63,277 bases of DNA from Candidatus Daviesbacteria bacterium. Its GTDB lineage: Bacteria; Patescibacteriota; Microgenomatia; Daviesbacterales; UBA10151. The notes under the pieces were generated by a model, which was given only the letters and a program-made list of their open reading frames with translations, was not told where the DNA came from and made no database searches. Where the stretch lies: the NCBI GenBank assembly GCA_016176405.1, contig JACOXG010000011.1, positions 1 to 63,277 on the forward strand. The letters run 5' to 3'. Numbering within the stretch: position 1 is the stretch's first letter; each line of letters starts with the position of its first letter. Of the stretch, positions 18,180 to 26,829 are shown in pieces. Both the position numbers and the translations under genes were made by a program.

Positions 18180-19874
18180 ATGGATAATATCTTCATACAA
18201 CTGGCTATCATACTTGGCTTGGCTTCTGTTTTAGGTTTTATCACCCATAAATTTAAACTGCCGCTTTTAATTGCTTATTTAATTGGTGGCTTAATTATTG
18301 CCATAATTGGGATCTTTGATATTAAAACCTCTGCCGCCCTGTCTTTCTTACCGGAAATAGGTATTGCTTTTGTATTATTTCTGGTCGGAATGGAGCTGGA
18401 TTTAAGACAACTGAAAAGCCTTGGTACCCCAATTATTGTCTCAGGCTTACTGCAGATTGTGATTACTTCTATTTTAGGCACATTTATTGCCCAAAGCTTT
18501 AATTTTTCCTTAGTTGAATCAATTTATCTGGGAATTGGTTTATCTTTCTCCTCAACTATTGTAGTGGTAAAACTTTTGATCGAAAAAAATACACTAGACT
18601 CCTTATATGGCAAACTATCAGTAGGCATTCTTCTTTTAGAAGACCTTTTGGCAGTGGTGATACTTCTAGGTTTAACTTCCTTTAACTCATCAATTTTTCA
18701 TTTAGGACTGACCGAACTTTTTCCTCTTTTATCTTTTGCAGGGAAGGTCGTGATTCTTTTATCTTTTGCCATACTACTTAGCAAATATATTTTGGGCTCT
18801 TTATTTAAGGCTGTATCTTCCTCGGGGGAGCTACTCTTTTTAACAGCTTTAGCTTGGTGTTTTATTTATATTACATTTGCGCAAAGTTTAGGCTTTTCAG
18901 TTTTGATAGGAGCATTTCTAGCTGGGGTGGCTTTGGCCAATTCTCCTTACCATTTTCAAATTCAAGGTAAGGTTAAACCAATGAGGGATTTTTTTGTGGC
19001 CCTCTTTTTTGTTTATTTAGGCACCAGGGTAGATTTTTCTCAGATTCAATCCACTTTTCTTTTAATTTTAGTTTTCACAACTTATGCAGTTATATTTAAA
19101 CCGGTTCTGTTTTTATTAATCTTGGGTAGTTTTGGTTTTAAAAAACATCCCCTTTTTCAAACAGCTATCAATTTATCACAAATTTCTGAATTTTCTTTGA
19201 TTATTCTTTTGGTCGGGTTATCAGAGGGGATTGTCTCTCAATCTGCTTTAACAGTTATTGCAGCTTCCGGAGTGTTATCAATTATTATCTCATCGGTGGT
19301 GATTTCTAAATCCAACCGGCTTTATAAACAGTTGGCCTTTTTGATTAGTTTTTTTGAAAGGGGAGAAAGACACCTGGTTGAGGGAGTAGATACCAAGACT
19401 CTAGAGGATCATGTGGTGTTGCTAGGTTCTCATAATGTTGGTGCTCAGCTGATCCGCTTTTTTAGAAGAGAGAGGATTCCCTTTATAGTTTTGGATTTTA
19501 ACCCTTATCAGGTGGAAAAACTGGCAAAGGAGGGAATTCCAGTAGTTTTTGGAGATATGGGTGATCCGGAAGTGTTGGATTTTTTAAATCTTCATAAAGC
19601 CATCCTTATCATATCCACTGTGCCGGATATTCATGATAATAAACTGTTGATTGAGGATTTAAAAAATATGAGATTGGGTATTCCCATTATTGTTCGAGCA
19701 GAAAGTTTGGAGGAGGCTAAGGATTTGTATAAGTTTGGAGCCAGTTTCGTTTATATTCCGGACATTGTTTCCGGAGAATTTTTGGTGCAAACTTTAAAAG
19801 ATCATATGAAAGATAGGGAATATTTTAAAGAAAGACCCCGCATTGAACTGGAAAAATTATCCCACCAAATCTAA
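18180..19874 (+). CDS. Kef-type cation:proton antiporter with C-terminal RCK/TrkA-N domain
   Basis: About 12 TM helices followed by VVLLGSHNVGAQLIRFF Rossmann-like RCK. Confidence 0.88.
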   Translation: MDNIFIQLAIILGLASVLGFITHKFKLPLLIAYLIGGLIIAIIGIFDIKTSAALSFLPEIGIAFVLFLVGMELDLRQLKSLGTPIIVSGLLQIVITSILGTFIAQSFNFSLVESIYLGIGLSFSSTIVVVKLLIEKNTLDSLYGKLSVGILLLEDLLAVVILLGLTSFNSSIFHLGLTELFPLLSFAGKVVILLSFAILLSKYILGSLFKAVSSSGELLFLTALAWCFIYITFAQSLGFSVLIGAFLAGVALANSPYHFQIQGKVKPMRDFFVALFFVYLGTRVDFSQIQSTFLLILVFTTYAVIFKPVLFLLILGSFGFKKHPLFQTAINLSQISEFSLIILLVGLSEGIVSQSALTVIAASGVLSIIISSVVISKSNRLYKQLAFLISFFERGERHLVEGVDTKTLEDHVVLLGSHNVGAQLIRFFRRERIPFIVLDFNPYQVEKLAKEGIPVVFGDMGDPEVLDFLNLHKAILIISTVPDIHDNKLLIEDLKNMRLGIPIIVRAESLEEAKDLYKFGASFVYIPDIVSGEFLVQTLKDHMKDREYFKERPRIELEKLSHQI

Positions 19875-19946
19875 TCTCTAGTAGAAGTAGGTGGGTATTT
19901 AAAAAAAGTCTCCTTTTATCTACCCACCATACTCTCAAAATTTCAC

Positions 19947-20222
19947 TTAAACTGCTGGTGGAGCTCCTGGAGCAGGTTCTCCTCCTGGTGCTTGTGGTGG
20001 GCAAGTACAAGCTGCCTCATTTTGTCCACAAGTCATACAGTTGCCAGCTGATTTATCTGCACCACATTTGGCGCATTTCTCAGCGGGAGCTGCGGGTGGT
20101 GCACCTTGCGGAGGCATGCCACCGCCCATTGGAGGCTCACCGCCAGCCGGTGGAGTTTGACCACCTTGAGGGGCATTGGGATCTGGTGGTGGTGTACCAC
20201 CTTGATTACTTTGTTCATCCAT
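19947..20222 (-). CDS. small Pro/Gly-rich protein with a Cys cluster
   Basis: GGGGGTGAG Shine-Dalgarno 9 nt before the ATG. Sequence includes CAKCGADKSAGNCMTCGQNEAACTC. The two other ORFs here are frame shadows. Confidence 0.5.
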   Translation of the reverse strand: MDEQSNQGGTPPPDPNAPQGGQTPPAGGEPPMGGGMPPQGAPPAAPAEKCAKCGADKSAGNCMTCGQNEAACTCPPQAPGGEPAPGAPPAV

Positions 20223-20334
20223 AATTTAAAACTCACCCCCTTTGTTTAGACAGACCTGAAATCTGTTACTTAACAATTAGTTTAACGAGAACTGCTTGCT
20301 AGGTCAATACCTTTTTGCGTACACTAATATTGTA

Positions 20335-21357
20335 ATGCCTAAAAGATCTGCCCAAAGTAAAAAGAATGATGATTGGAGACAGTTACAAAGTAGAATAAAA
20401 GTTAAAAAACAGACTAAATTAGCCCTGATAGTTTTAGGAGCAATCATCCTGATATTTCTATTTAGCCAATTAGTCAATCTAACCAAGACTATTTTAAGTC
20501 CTTGGAGTATGGTAGATACAACCAGAGCTTATCGTTGGGATGATCAATTTAATTTAAATTTGCTAATTAAAGAAGAGCATTTATCTGTTATTTCCTTTAA
20601 CCCAATTGAGAAAAAAGTAGTCAAAATAATTATTCCCGACGAGACCTATATTGATTTACCTTTAGATTTGGGTAAGTGGCAGGTTCGTGGCATCCAGGGA
20701 GTTGGTGGTAATCAGATTCTTAAAGATTCAATCAGCTCTTTTTTGGGAATTCCTTTAGATGGGCTGATTCAATTTGAGGGGGATTTAATTGCCATCAGCC
20801 GCCGAAATCCTTTAGGAGTGCTGATGAGTCTTTCCAAAATCAAAACTGATCTGACCCCGCTAGAACTTATAAAATTTCAGATGGCTTTATCATCTGTTCG
20901 GTATGACAAGATTGAAGCTTTAGATCTAGCAGACTTAAATGTTTTAGAATCCGAGAAACTGGCAGATGGTACAGAAGTTTTTGTCTCTGATCCATTCCGG
21001 TTAGATAGTATCCTATCGGATTTTGCTGATCAAACTATAGTCACGGAACATAAAACTATTGCAGTTTTTAATGCCACCTCCTACCCACAACTGGCTCAAA
21101 AAGGAACCAGGATGATTGCTAACTTAGGAGGGAATGTTACTCAAATAGCCAATGCCACTGCCATGAGCGAGAAAAGTTTAGTCTTAGGGGAACCCTCTGA
21201 AACTTTGACAAGGTTAGGACAAATTTTTGATTCTAGTTGTGAAAAGAAGAATGAATGTGATAAACTCAGCACTCAGAGCTTAGGATTAGAATCATCCCGG
21301 GCTCAAATCAATGTGATTTTGGGACAAGATTTTTATCAAAGGTTTGGCAATAAATGA
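20335..21357 (+). CDS. LytR/CpsA/Psr (LCP)-like protein with LytR_C-like tail
   Basis: N-terminal TM anchor; IIIPDETYIDLP core; TIAVFNATSYPQLAQKGTRMIANLGGNV resembles LytR_C. Divergent. Confidence 0.55.
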   Translation: MPKRSAQSKKNDDWRQLQSRIKVKKQTKLALIVLGAIILIFLFSQLVNLTKTILSPWSMVDTTRAYRWDDQFNLNLLIKEEHLSVISFNPIEKKVVKIIIPDETYIDLPLDLGKWQVRGIQGVGGNQILKDSISSFLGIPLDGLIQFEGDLIAISRRNPLGVLMSLSKIKTDLTPLELIKFQMALSSVRYDKIEALDLADLNVLESEKLADGTEVFVSDPFRLDSILSDFADQTIVTEHKTIAVFNATSYPQLAQKGTRMIANLGGNVTQIANATAMSEKSLVLGEPSETLTRLGQIFDSSCEKKNECDKLSTQSLGLESSRAQINVILGQDFYQRFGNK

Positions 21358-22031
21358 TTGAGGCGATTGTGTTATTTGTTTTGATTGTGGTCATTTCTTT
21401 CTTTTTGGCCCTACGGTCCATGAGAGATTACCAGGAGGTGGGGAATCCTGCTGAATATGCCTTGTTTTTAATCCGTAAATCTGCCGGTCTGACTGAAGAG
21501 CTTTTAGACAATCTTTTTGATGATCTCTTCCAAAAATCACAAGTCTTATCGCTGGAGAGGTTGTTTAAAGGTCAAAATAGTGCCCTGACTGTTTTTGGAC
21601 CAAAAGATATTCTTTTAAAGTATGCCCAGCCGTTAGATCTTTTGGAGCTGGAAGACTATACCAATCTGCCGGAAGATAGACTGACTGTCTGGGAAGTGAC
21701 TCTGAAAAATTCCGCTCCAGAAGATTTCTCTTTTGCCTCCTTTCCCAAATTATTGCCCGATGAACAATTTTTTTGGCAACTGGTTTTTAAGGGCAAAAAA
21801 AACAAAGGGGAAAAAGTATTTTTAGGTCAAATCAGACTGGCGGTAGTGGTACCAGATTCAAGAAGGAAGCAGTTAATTTCCCAGTTACAAAATGTCAACC
21901 ATTTATTAAAAATTCCCCGCCCCTTCTCTCAAATCAAAATGTGGCAATTCTATCAGCAGAGAAGTTTGGAAAATCAGAAGGATAATTTGATCTTGACTGC
22001 ACAGCAAGTTATTAAACTGATTATGCTGTAA
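21354..22031 (+). CDS. hypothetical membrane-anchored protein
   Basis: 4-nt start/stop overlap with the upstream gene; N-terminal TM helix. Confidence 0.55.
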   Translation: MIEAIVLFVLIVVISFFLALRSMRDYQEVGNPAEYALFLIRKSAGLTEELLDNLFDDLFQKSQVLSLERLFKGQNSALTVFGPKDILLKYAQPLDLLELEDYTNLPEDRLTVWEVTLKNSAPEDFSFASFPKLLPDEQFFWQLVFKGKKNKGEKVFLGQIRLAVVVPDSRRKQLISQLQNVNHLLKIPRPFSQIKMWQFYQQRSLENQKDNLILTAQQVIKLIML

Positions 22032-22033
22032 GA

Positions 22034-22825
22034 TTAAACTGGCAGCTCTTCTTCCTCTTCAAAAACTTCCTCTTCTTCATCATCTGTTCTGGTGATAATT
22101 TCAGAAGTGGGATGGTAGCTGACTCCATCCAAAAAAGAGGGCTGATTTTTAAATCTTTTGCTTCGGTAAATCTCTTTGATTAAAACTGATAAGGCATTGA
22201 TGCGAATGGATTTAATAAAGAGCTCGTATTTGTTGCCACCTTTGATTAGCCTGATTAAATGATGACAAATATCATCTGGTAGTACCCCAAAATAATTGTC
22301 ATCGTGATCTACAATGATCACCTTTCTATTTTTGACAACCAGAGCTACTTTCATGCCGCAAAAAGCTTTACTTAGCATCTTGGGTTCAGCTACTTTTAAA
22401 AGAGAGACCACCTTGGTTTTGCCTGGTTCTTGCAGAAAAAGGGAGGGAGAAACTTTATCTTGACCATTAAATTTGTGTGGCCGGCCGTTATGTTTAAAGG
22501 ATTTGATGATTTTTAAATTTTTGGCAGCAATCGGATTATAAGGATCAAACTTTAGGGCTTCAGCATAATATTTTTTGGCCAAGTTAAATTTGCCCAGCTC
22601 CATATAGGCTCTGGCAAATCTATTGAGGCCATCAACATTGGTGGGATCAATTTTAAGGATTTGGCGGTTGATTTTAAGGGCGTCTGTCCATCGGGCCTCA
22701 ATGGCTGCTTGGATGGCCTGATCAGCTAAGCTAGAAGAAATAAGAGATGGACCTTCCACTAAGGAAAAAAGTATAGGACTTCCCATTAACCTTGTCAATA
22801 TTTCGCCTTTTCTTTGTTTAACCAT
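22034..22825 (-). CDS. TPR-repeat protein with unassigned C-terminal domain and acidic tail
   Basis: ARAYMELGKFNLAKKYYAEALKFDPYNPIAAKNL TPR units. Confidence 0.7.
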   Translation of the reverse strand: MVKQRKGEILTRLMGSPILFSLVEGPSLISSSLADQAIQAAIEARWTDALKINRQILKIDPTNVDGLNRFARAYMELGKFNLAKKYYAEALKFDPYNPIAAKNLKIIKSFKHNGRPHKFNGQDKVSPSLFLQEPGKTKVVSLLKVAEPKMLSKAFCGMKVALVVKNRKVIIVDHDDNYFGVLPDDICHHLIRLIKGGNKYELFIKSIRINALSVLIKEIYRSKRFKNQPSFLDGVSYHPTSEIITRTDDEEEEVFEEEEELPV

Positions 22826-22862
22826 GAATTAAATAAGTACAGACATTGTCAGTACATTTTTG

Positions 22863-22871
22863 TGATATAAT
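22863..22871 (+). promoter_or_regulatory. extended -10 element TGaTATAAT upstream of the Phd-like antitoxin
   Basis: TGATATAAT ends 9 nt before ATG 22881; no Shine-Dalgarno between. Confidence 0.45.
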
Positions 22872-22880
22872 ATTTACATC

Positions 22881-23123
22881 ATGCCAAGAAAAGTGTTTAA
22901 AAATGGTAATTCTTTAGCTGTAACTGTGCCTAAAGCTTACGCTCATGAATTGAGCATTAGGGATGGATCAAGGGTGGAGTGGCAAAAAACAGATCGAGGC
23001 TTGCTACTGGTAAACAAGAGAAAAGCTAAAGGCGCCAGAGAAATTGATCCAAGAGTGGCTGAGTTAATCGATGAGATTGATAAGAAGTATACAAAAGTGT
23101 GGCAAGATTTAGCAGACCTCTAA
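22881..23123 (+). CDS. AbrB/SpoVT-fold antitoxin (Phd-like partner of Doc)
   Basis: KNGNSLAVTVPKAYAHELSIRDGSRVEW swapped-hairpin motif. Confidence 0.8.
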   Translation: MPRKVFKNGNSLAVTVPKAYAHELSIRDGSRVEWQKTDRGLLLVNKRKAKGAREIDPRVAELIDEIDKKYTKVWQDLADL

Positions 23124-23518
23124 TAAATTATCTCTCAGAAGGTGAAGTTATAGCCATTAATTCCAAGATGGTTGCTAAATATGGTGGGTTACACGGCGTT
23201 AAGGATGTAAACCTTCTTAGTCTAGCTATTGGCAGACCACAAATGTCAGTCGGATTCCAAGATGCTTATAAAACAATTTTTGATAAAGCAGCTGCCATGT
23301 TTCATTCCATAATTAATAACCATCCTTTCTTAGACGGGAACAAAAGAACCTCGCTATTCAGTGCAGTTTTATTTCTAAAATATAACGGATGGTCCGTAGA
23401 ATTTAGAAGAAAAGAAGCTGTTAAATTTACCAGAAGAGCACACAATCAAGATTATACTGTTGAACAAATCTCCAAATGGCTAAAAGAACATTCTGTAAAA
23501 GTGCCCACAGGGTTATAA
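23099..23518 (+). CDS. doc: Fic/Doc-family toxin (death-on-curing type)
   Basis: HPFLDGNKRTS Fic motif variant typical of Doc; GTG start overlaps the antitoxin by 25 nt. Confidence 0.88.
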   Translation: MARFSRPLINYLSEGEVIAINSKMVAKYGGLHGVKDVNLLSLAIGRPQMSVGFQDAYKTIFDKAAAMFHSIINNHPFLDGNKRTSLFSAVLFLKYNGWSVEFRRKEAVKFTRRAHNQDYTVEQISKWLKEHSVKVPTGL

Positions 23519-23524
23519 ACTAGC

Positions 23525-23561
23525 TTCCCACCTTCCAAGCGGGGATGTAGAGTATTTGATC
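23525..23561 (+). repeat. intergenic copy of the TTCCCAC..GTGGGA hairpin element
   Basis: TTCCCACCTTCCAAGCGGGGATGTAGAGTATTTGATC aligns with 45436-45470 inside holB. Confidence 0.7.
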
Positions 23562-23695
23562 TTGCAACTAAACCCTATTCACTATACACTATACCCTTAC
23601 TATGTCAGGACATTCCAGGTCAATAATAAGCAAAGCTTGATTTCTCGTAAACTCGAAATTAAGCAAAGCTTGTTGTCGACCAGAAAGGACTAAAG

Positions 23696-24490
23696 ATGAG
23701 TGGTCATAGTAAATGGTCGACAATAAAAAGGCAAAAAGGGGCTGCGGATATTAAAAGGGGCCAGACTTTTACCAAAGTGGCCAATGCTATTACTATTGCC
23801 ACTAAAATGGGAGGCTCAGGAGATCCTGAGTCTAATCCCAGGCTGAGGATGGTCATGGATGCAGCCAGGGTTGTGAATATGCCCAAGGATAATGTGCAAA
23901 GGGCCATTGATAGAGGTTTGGGTAAAGGAGAAGGTGGAGCACTGGATGAGGTTTTATATGAAGGTTTCGGGCCCTCCAAAGTGGCATTTTTGGTTGAAGG
24001 AGTAACTGATAATAAGTTGAGGACTTTACAAGAAGTGAAAAGTCTTTTTGAAAGAAATGGTGGTAGTTTGGCAGGGCAGGGTAGTGTAGCATATATGTTT
24101 GACAGAAAAGGGGAAATTAGAGTGAAGGGTAAAGGGCTCGCTTCGCGAAGCGAGGGAAGTAAGGATGAAGAAATGTTGGAACTGATAGATTTAGGAGCAG
24201 AGGATGTGGAGGATTATTTGGAGGAACCCTTCGATGGTACTCAGGGCAAGAATATACAAAAATATTTAGTATACGTAGATGGCTCAGAATTAAATACTAT
24301 GAGTACAAAAATTACTCAAGCAGGGTTTGGGGTAGAGAGCAGTGAAGTAGTGCTAAAACCAAATAGTTTGGTGCAAATTAATGACAAAGAAACTGCACAA
24401 AAAGTATTAGAATTTGCGGAGAAGTTAGAAGAACTGGATGATGTACAAAAGGTGTATAGTAACTTTGATATACCTCAGGAGCTTTTGTAG
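23696..24490 (+). CDS. YebC/PmpR (TACO1) family protein
   Basis: MSGHSKWSTIKRQKGAADIKRG N-terminus is diagnostic. Confidence 0.93.
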   Translation: MSGHSKWSTIKRQKGAADIKRGQTFTKVANAITIATKMGGSGDPESNPRLRMVMDAARVVNMPKDNVQRAIDRGLGKGEGGALDEVLYEGFGPSKVAFLVEGVTDNKLRTLQEVKSLFERNGGSLAGQGSVAYMFDRKGEIRVKGKGLASRSEGSKDEEMLELIDLGAEDVEDYLEEPFDGTQGKNIQKYLVYVDGSELNTMSTKITQAGFGVESSEVVLKPNSLVQINDKETAQKVLEFAEKLEELDDVQKVYSNFDIPQELL

Positions 24491-24558
24491 CTATCAGCTG
24501 TCAGCTTTCAGTCGTCAGATAATTTTAAGTCTGATAGCTGAAGACTGATGACTGACGA
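24491..24558. repeat. heptamer-periodic hairpin spacer (NNNTCAG)x4 - loop - (CTGANNN)x4, possible terminator
   Basis: ctatcag ctgtcag ctttcag tcgtcag ataattttaagt ctgatag ctgaaga ctgatga ctgacga. Confidence 0.8.
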
Positions 24559-24560
24559 CT

Positions 24561-25094
24561 ATGATAATCCTTGGTATTGATCCTGGAACTGCCACTACTG
24601 GTTGGGGACTGATTAAAGTCCCTGATGATATATTAGGCAGGCAGTTTGAATATGGAATTGAGTTAATCAGTTATGGCAACATTTTTACTGATAAGGACAA
24701 ACCCATGGCTGAAAGACTTTGGAAATTATCCAGAGAACTGGATGATTTAATTAAGAAATATCAACCAGATCAGATAGTGACCGAGATGTTATTTTTTGGG
24801 GCTAATCTAAAAACAGCCATCATGGTGGGGCAGGCCAGGGGAATAGTCTTGATGTCCTCTGCCAAATATAGGGTACCTATTACAGAATATACTGGCTTAC
24901 AGGTAAAACTAATGGTAGCCGGAGCAGGCAGAGCTGATAAGGCTCAGGTACATGAGGGAGTAAGAAGATTTTTGGGGAGTAATGGAAGAAGACGCAAAGC
25001 TTTAAAGGTTAATTGGGTAGGAGGACATTTGGATGATGCTACAGATGCCTTGGCCATAGCAATATGCCATGTGCTGAAGCTGGTTTCGAAGTAA
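24561..25094 (+). CDS. ruvC: crossover junction endodeoxyribonuclease RuvC
   Basis: ILGIDPGTATTGWG and C-terminal DDATDALAIAICH. Confidence 0.92.
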   Translation: MIILGIDPGTATTGWGLIKVPDDILGRQFEYGIELISYGNIFTDKDKPMAERLWKLSRELDDLIKKYQPDQIVTEMLFFGANLKTAIMVGQARGIVLMSSAKYRVPITEYTGLQVKLMVAGAGRADKAQVHEGVRRFLGSNGRRRKALKVNWVGGHLDDATDALAIAICHVLKLVSK

Positions 25095-25101
25095 TGAGAA
25101 A

Positions 25102-25183
25102 CCATCCTGAGCGCTCACTAAAGAGCGCGAAGGATCTCGATCATATAGGAGATCCTTCGTCGCTAATCGCTCCTCAGGATGAC
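25102..25183. repeat. empty inverted pair of the GTCATCCTGAGCG..CGAAGGATC family
   Basis: Forward CCATCCTGAGCGCTCACTAAAGAGCGCGAAGGATCTC (25102-25138) and reverse GAGATCCTTCGTCGCTAATCGCTCCTCAGGATGAC (25149-25183). Confidence 0.8.
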
Positions 25184-25215
25184 AAACTGCGTTAAGAAAT
25201 TGTACGCAGTTTGTC
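25181..25215. other. perfect 12-bp stem-loop GACAAACTGCGT-N11-ACGCAGTTTGTC
   Basis: Read directly; no T-tract, so terminator function is uncertain. Confidence 0.6.
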
Positions 25216-25222
25216 AAATAAT

Positions 25223-25999
25223 ATGAACCTAAACAAACGCCAAAAAATAATCATTACCACCATCTTACTAACCTTAGGTTTACTTTCCACCCAGTTGGTG
25301 GATTTTAATTTAAGATTTAGATTTATTGCCGGGCTCGGCGTGGTGGCCTACTTTCTATCACTTTGGGCACTTTGGGAAGGTTTAAATAAGACCAAAGCTA
25401 TCATACTGATGATTTTGCCAACCTTTTTCACTGTGGCTGTGGCCAGTTTTTATTTTTTGCTGCCTGTCAGATGGCTGACCAGGCTGCCAGTGGCTTTATC
25501 TTTTGGTTTAACTTTCTACCTGTTACTTTTATCACAAAATGTGTTCAATGTGGCTTCAATCCGGACCATCCCACTTTATCGAGCTGCCTCTACGGCAGCT
25601 TTTCTTTTTACGCTGCTTTCAGCATTCTTTATATATAATGTAGTTTATGCTTTTAATCTGTTATTTTTTTGGAACGGGTTACTGGTGGCCTTGATTAGTT
25701 TTCCTTTAATTTTACAAGTACTTTGGTCAATAGAGATGGGGGAGAAAATTACAGCCTCAATTTTGGTTCAAGCAGCCATTTTAAGTTTAGTGATAGGGGA
25801 ACTGGCACTGGCATTCTCATTTTGGCCAATGGTTACCACCATTTGGTCTTTATCTTTATCCTCAGCCATGTATGTACTGTTAGGTTTAACCACCAATGTT
25901 TTAAGAGGCAGGGTAAATAGCAGGGTAGTGTGGGAGTATTTGGGGATAGGGGTAGTGGTTTTAATTATCAGCTTCTTTACTACCTCATGGACTGGGTGA
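25223..25999 (+). CDS. polytopic integral membrane protein, unknown function
   Basis: About 8 hydrophobic helices; ATG 25223 preferred over TTG 25211, which lies in the stem-loop. Confidence 0.65.
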   Translation: MNLNKRQKIIITTILLTLGLLSTQLVDFNLRFRFIAGLGVVAYFLSLWALWEGLNKTKAIILMILPTFFTVAVASFYFLLPVRWLTRLPVALSFGLTFYLLLLSQNVFNVASIRTIPLYRAASTAAFLFTLLSAFFIYNVVYAFNLLFFWNGLLVALISFPLILQVLWSIEMGEKITASILVQAAILSLVIGELALAFSFWPMVTTIWSLSLSSAMYVLLGLTTNVLRGRVNSRVVWEYLGIGVVVLIISFFTTSWTG

Positions 26000-26002
26000 T
26001 TA

Positions 26003-26100
26003 GATGCGAGAAGTTAGAAGTGGGAAGATGGATTATTGAGATGAGAAGTGAGATAATCACACATCATTATCCATATTCACATTTCCCATATCTCATATCT
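26003..26100. repeat. heptamer-periodic array (GANNNNN)x8 followed by six inverted-type units
   Basis: gatgcga gaagtta gaagtgg gaagatg gattatt gagatga gaagtga gataatc | acacatc attatcc atattca catttcc catatct catatct. Its reverse complement resembles 63233-63277. Confidence 0.8.
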
Positions 26101-26425
26101 GTTATAAATATCAAGAATAGAGCTATATAACAAGCTAAAGTAGAGGAGTGGAGTAAAGATTTTCCGACGAAAGCGTGAAAACTTATAGGATATTTCGTGA
26201 AAAAAAATCTATGTTATAGTATGATATATTTGCCAGGCACAAATGTGGAAAACTATGGGGTCTATTATGCCTACTCTTGGCATCCTATGTATATAATTGC
26301 TAATGTTGTTCTTTAGATAACCTCGTTATCGCAAGAACTGATAAGTTCTTACATAACCCGAAGCTCCTCGGAGAAGAGAGGTGCTCTGTCCCTTCGCAAT
26401 TTTAATGATTTAATAGTTGACTAGT

Positions 26426-26477
26426 GAAATAAGCTAACTAGTTAACTAGTCCACTGATTCGCTAGTTAGCTTATTTC
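26426..26477. repeat. perfect 16-bp inverted repeat GAAATAAGCTAACTAG-N20-CTAGTTAGCTTATTTC
   Basis: Read directly; embeds the 32-nt repeat shared with 18136-18167. Confidence 0.85.
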
Positions 26478-26829
26478 CCTCTCTTCGGTCTTCCCTATAT
26501 TATCTTGTCGGACAATGTATCTTATGCGATGTCAAAGAAGTGGTTTCCTGGAGAAGTGGCTTTGGTACAACTTAAGCATCTAATTAATGCCAAAGCCAGC
26601 GGATTTTGACTACTATATTTTGGTATCTATTTTGTTATATTCCCGACCAAAATTTTTATTAATAATTATTGCCAAATTATAAACTATATCAATTAAGTCT
26701 TTAGGGCTTTGGGACGGCCTAACCTAAGGATGACTCAATATAGCTCTTATCCCCTGAGAAGCCGTTTTTAGGCCCTTGCAAGGCTTCATGCCTAACTAGC
26801 CTCAGAAGATGTAATGGACCCCAGCCCGT

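Noticed and set aside
19958-20236. ORFs 19958-20224 (+) and 20033-20236 (-) overlapping the small Pro/Gly-rich gene
   Set aside because: They are frame shadows of a compositionally biased region. Only the 19947-20222 (-) frame has a strong Shine-Dalgarno and a coherent Cys pattern.
25930-26130. 66-aa ORF downstream of the membrane protein gene
   Set aside because: It lies entirely within the heptamer word array 26003-26100, has no start context, and its sequence is explained by the repeat.
26101-26829. RNase P RNA, tmRNA, SRP RNA or a further tRNA in the long non-coding region
   Set aside because: I could not find the conserved cores (GAGGAAAGTCC-type P4 strand, tmRNA tRNA-like end with GGTTCGA..CCA, SRP GGAA/GNAR tetraloop helix, or a T-loop GTTCGA). 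I still list the region as a finding because it is structured.
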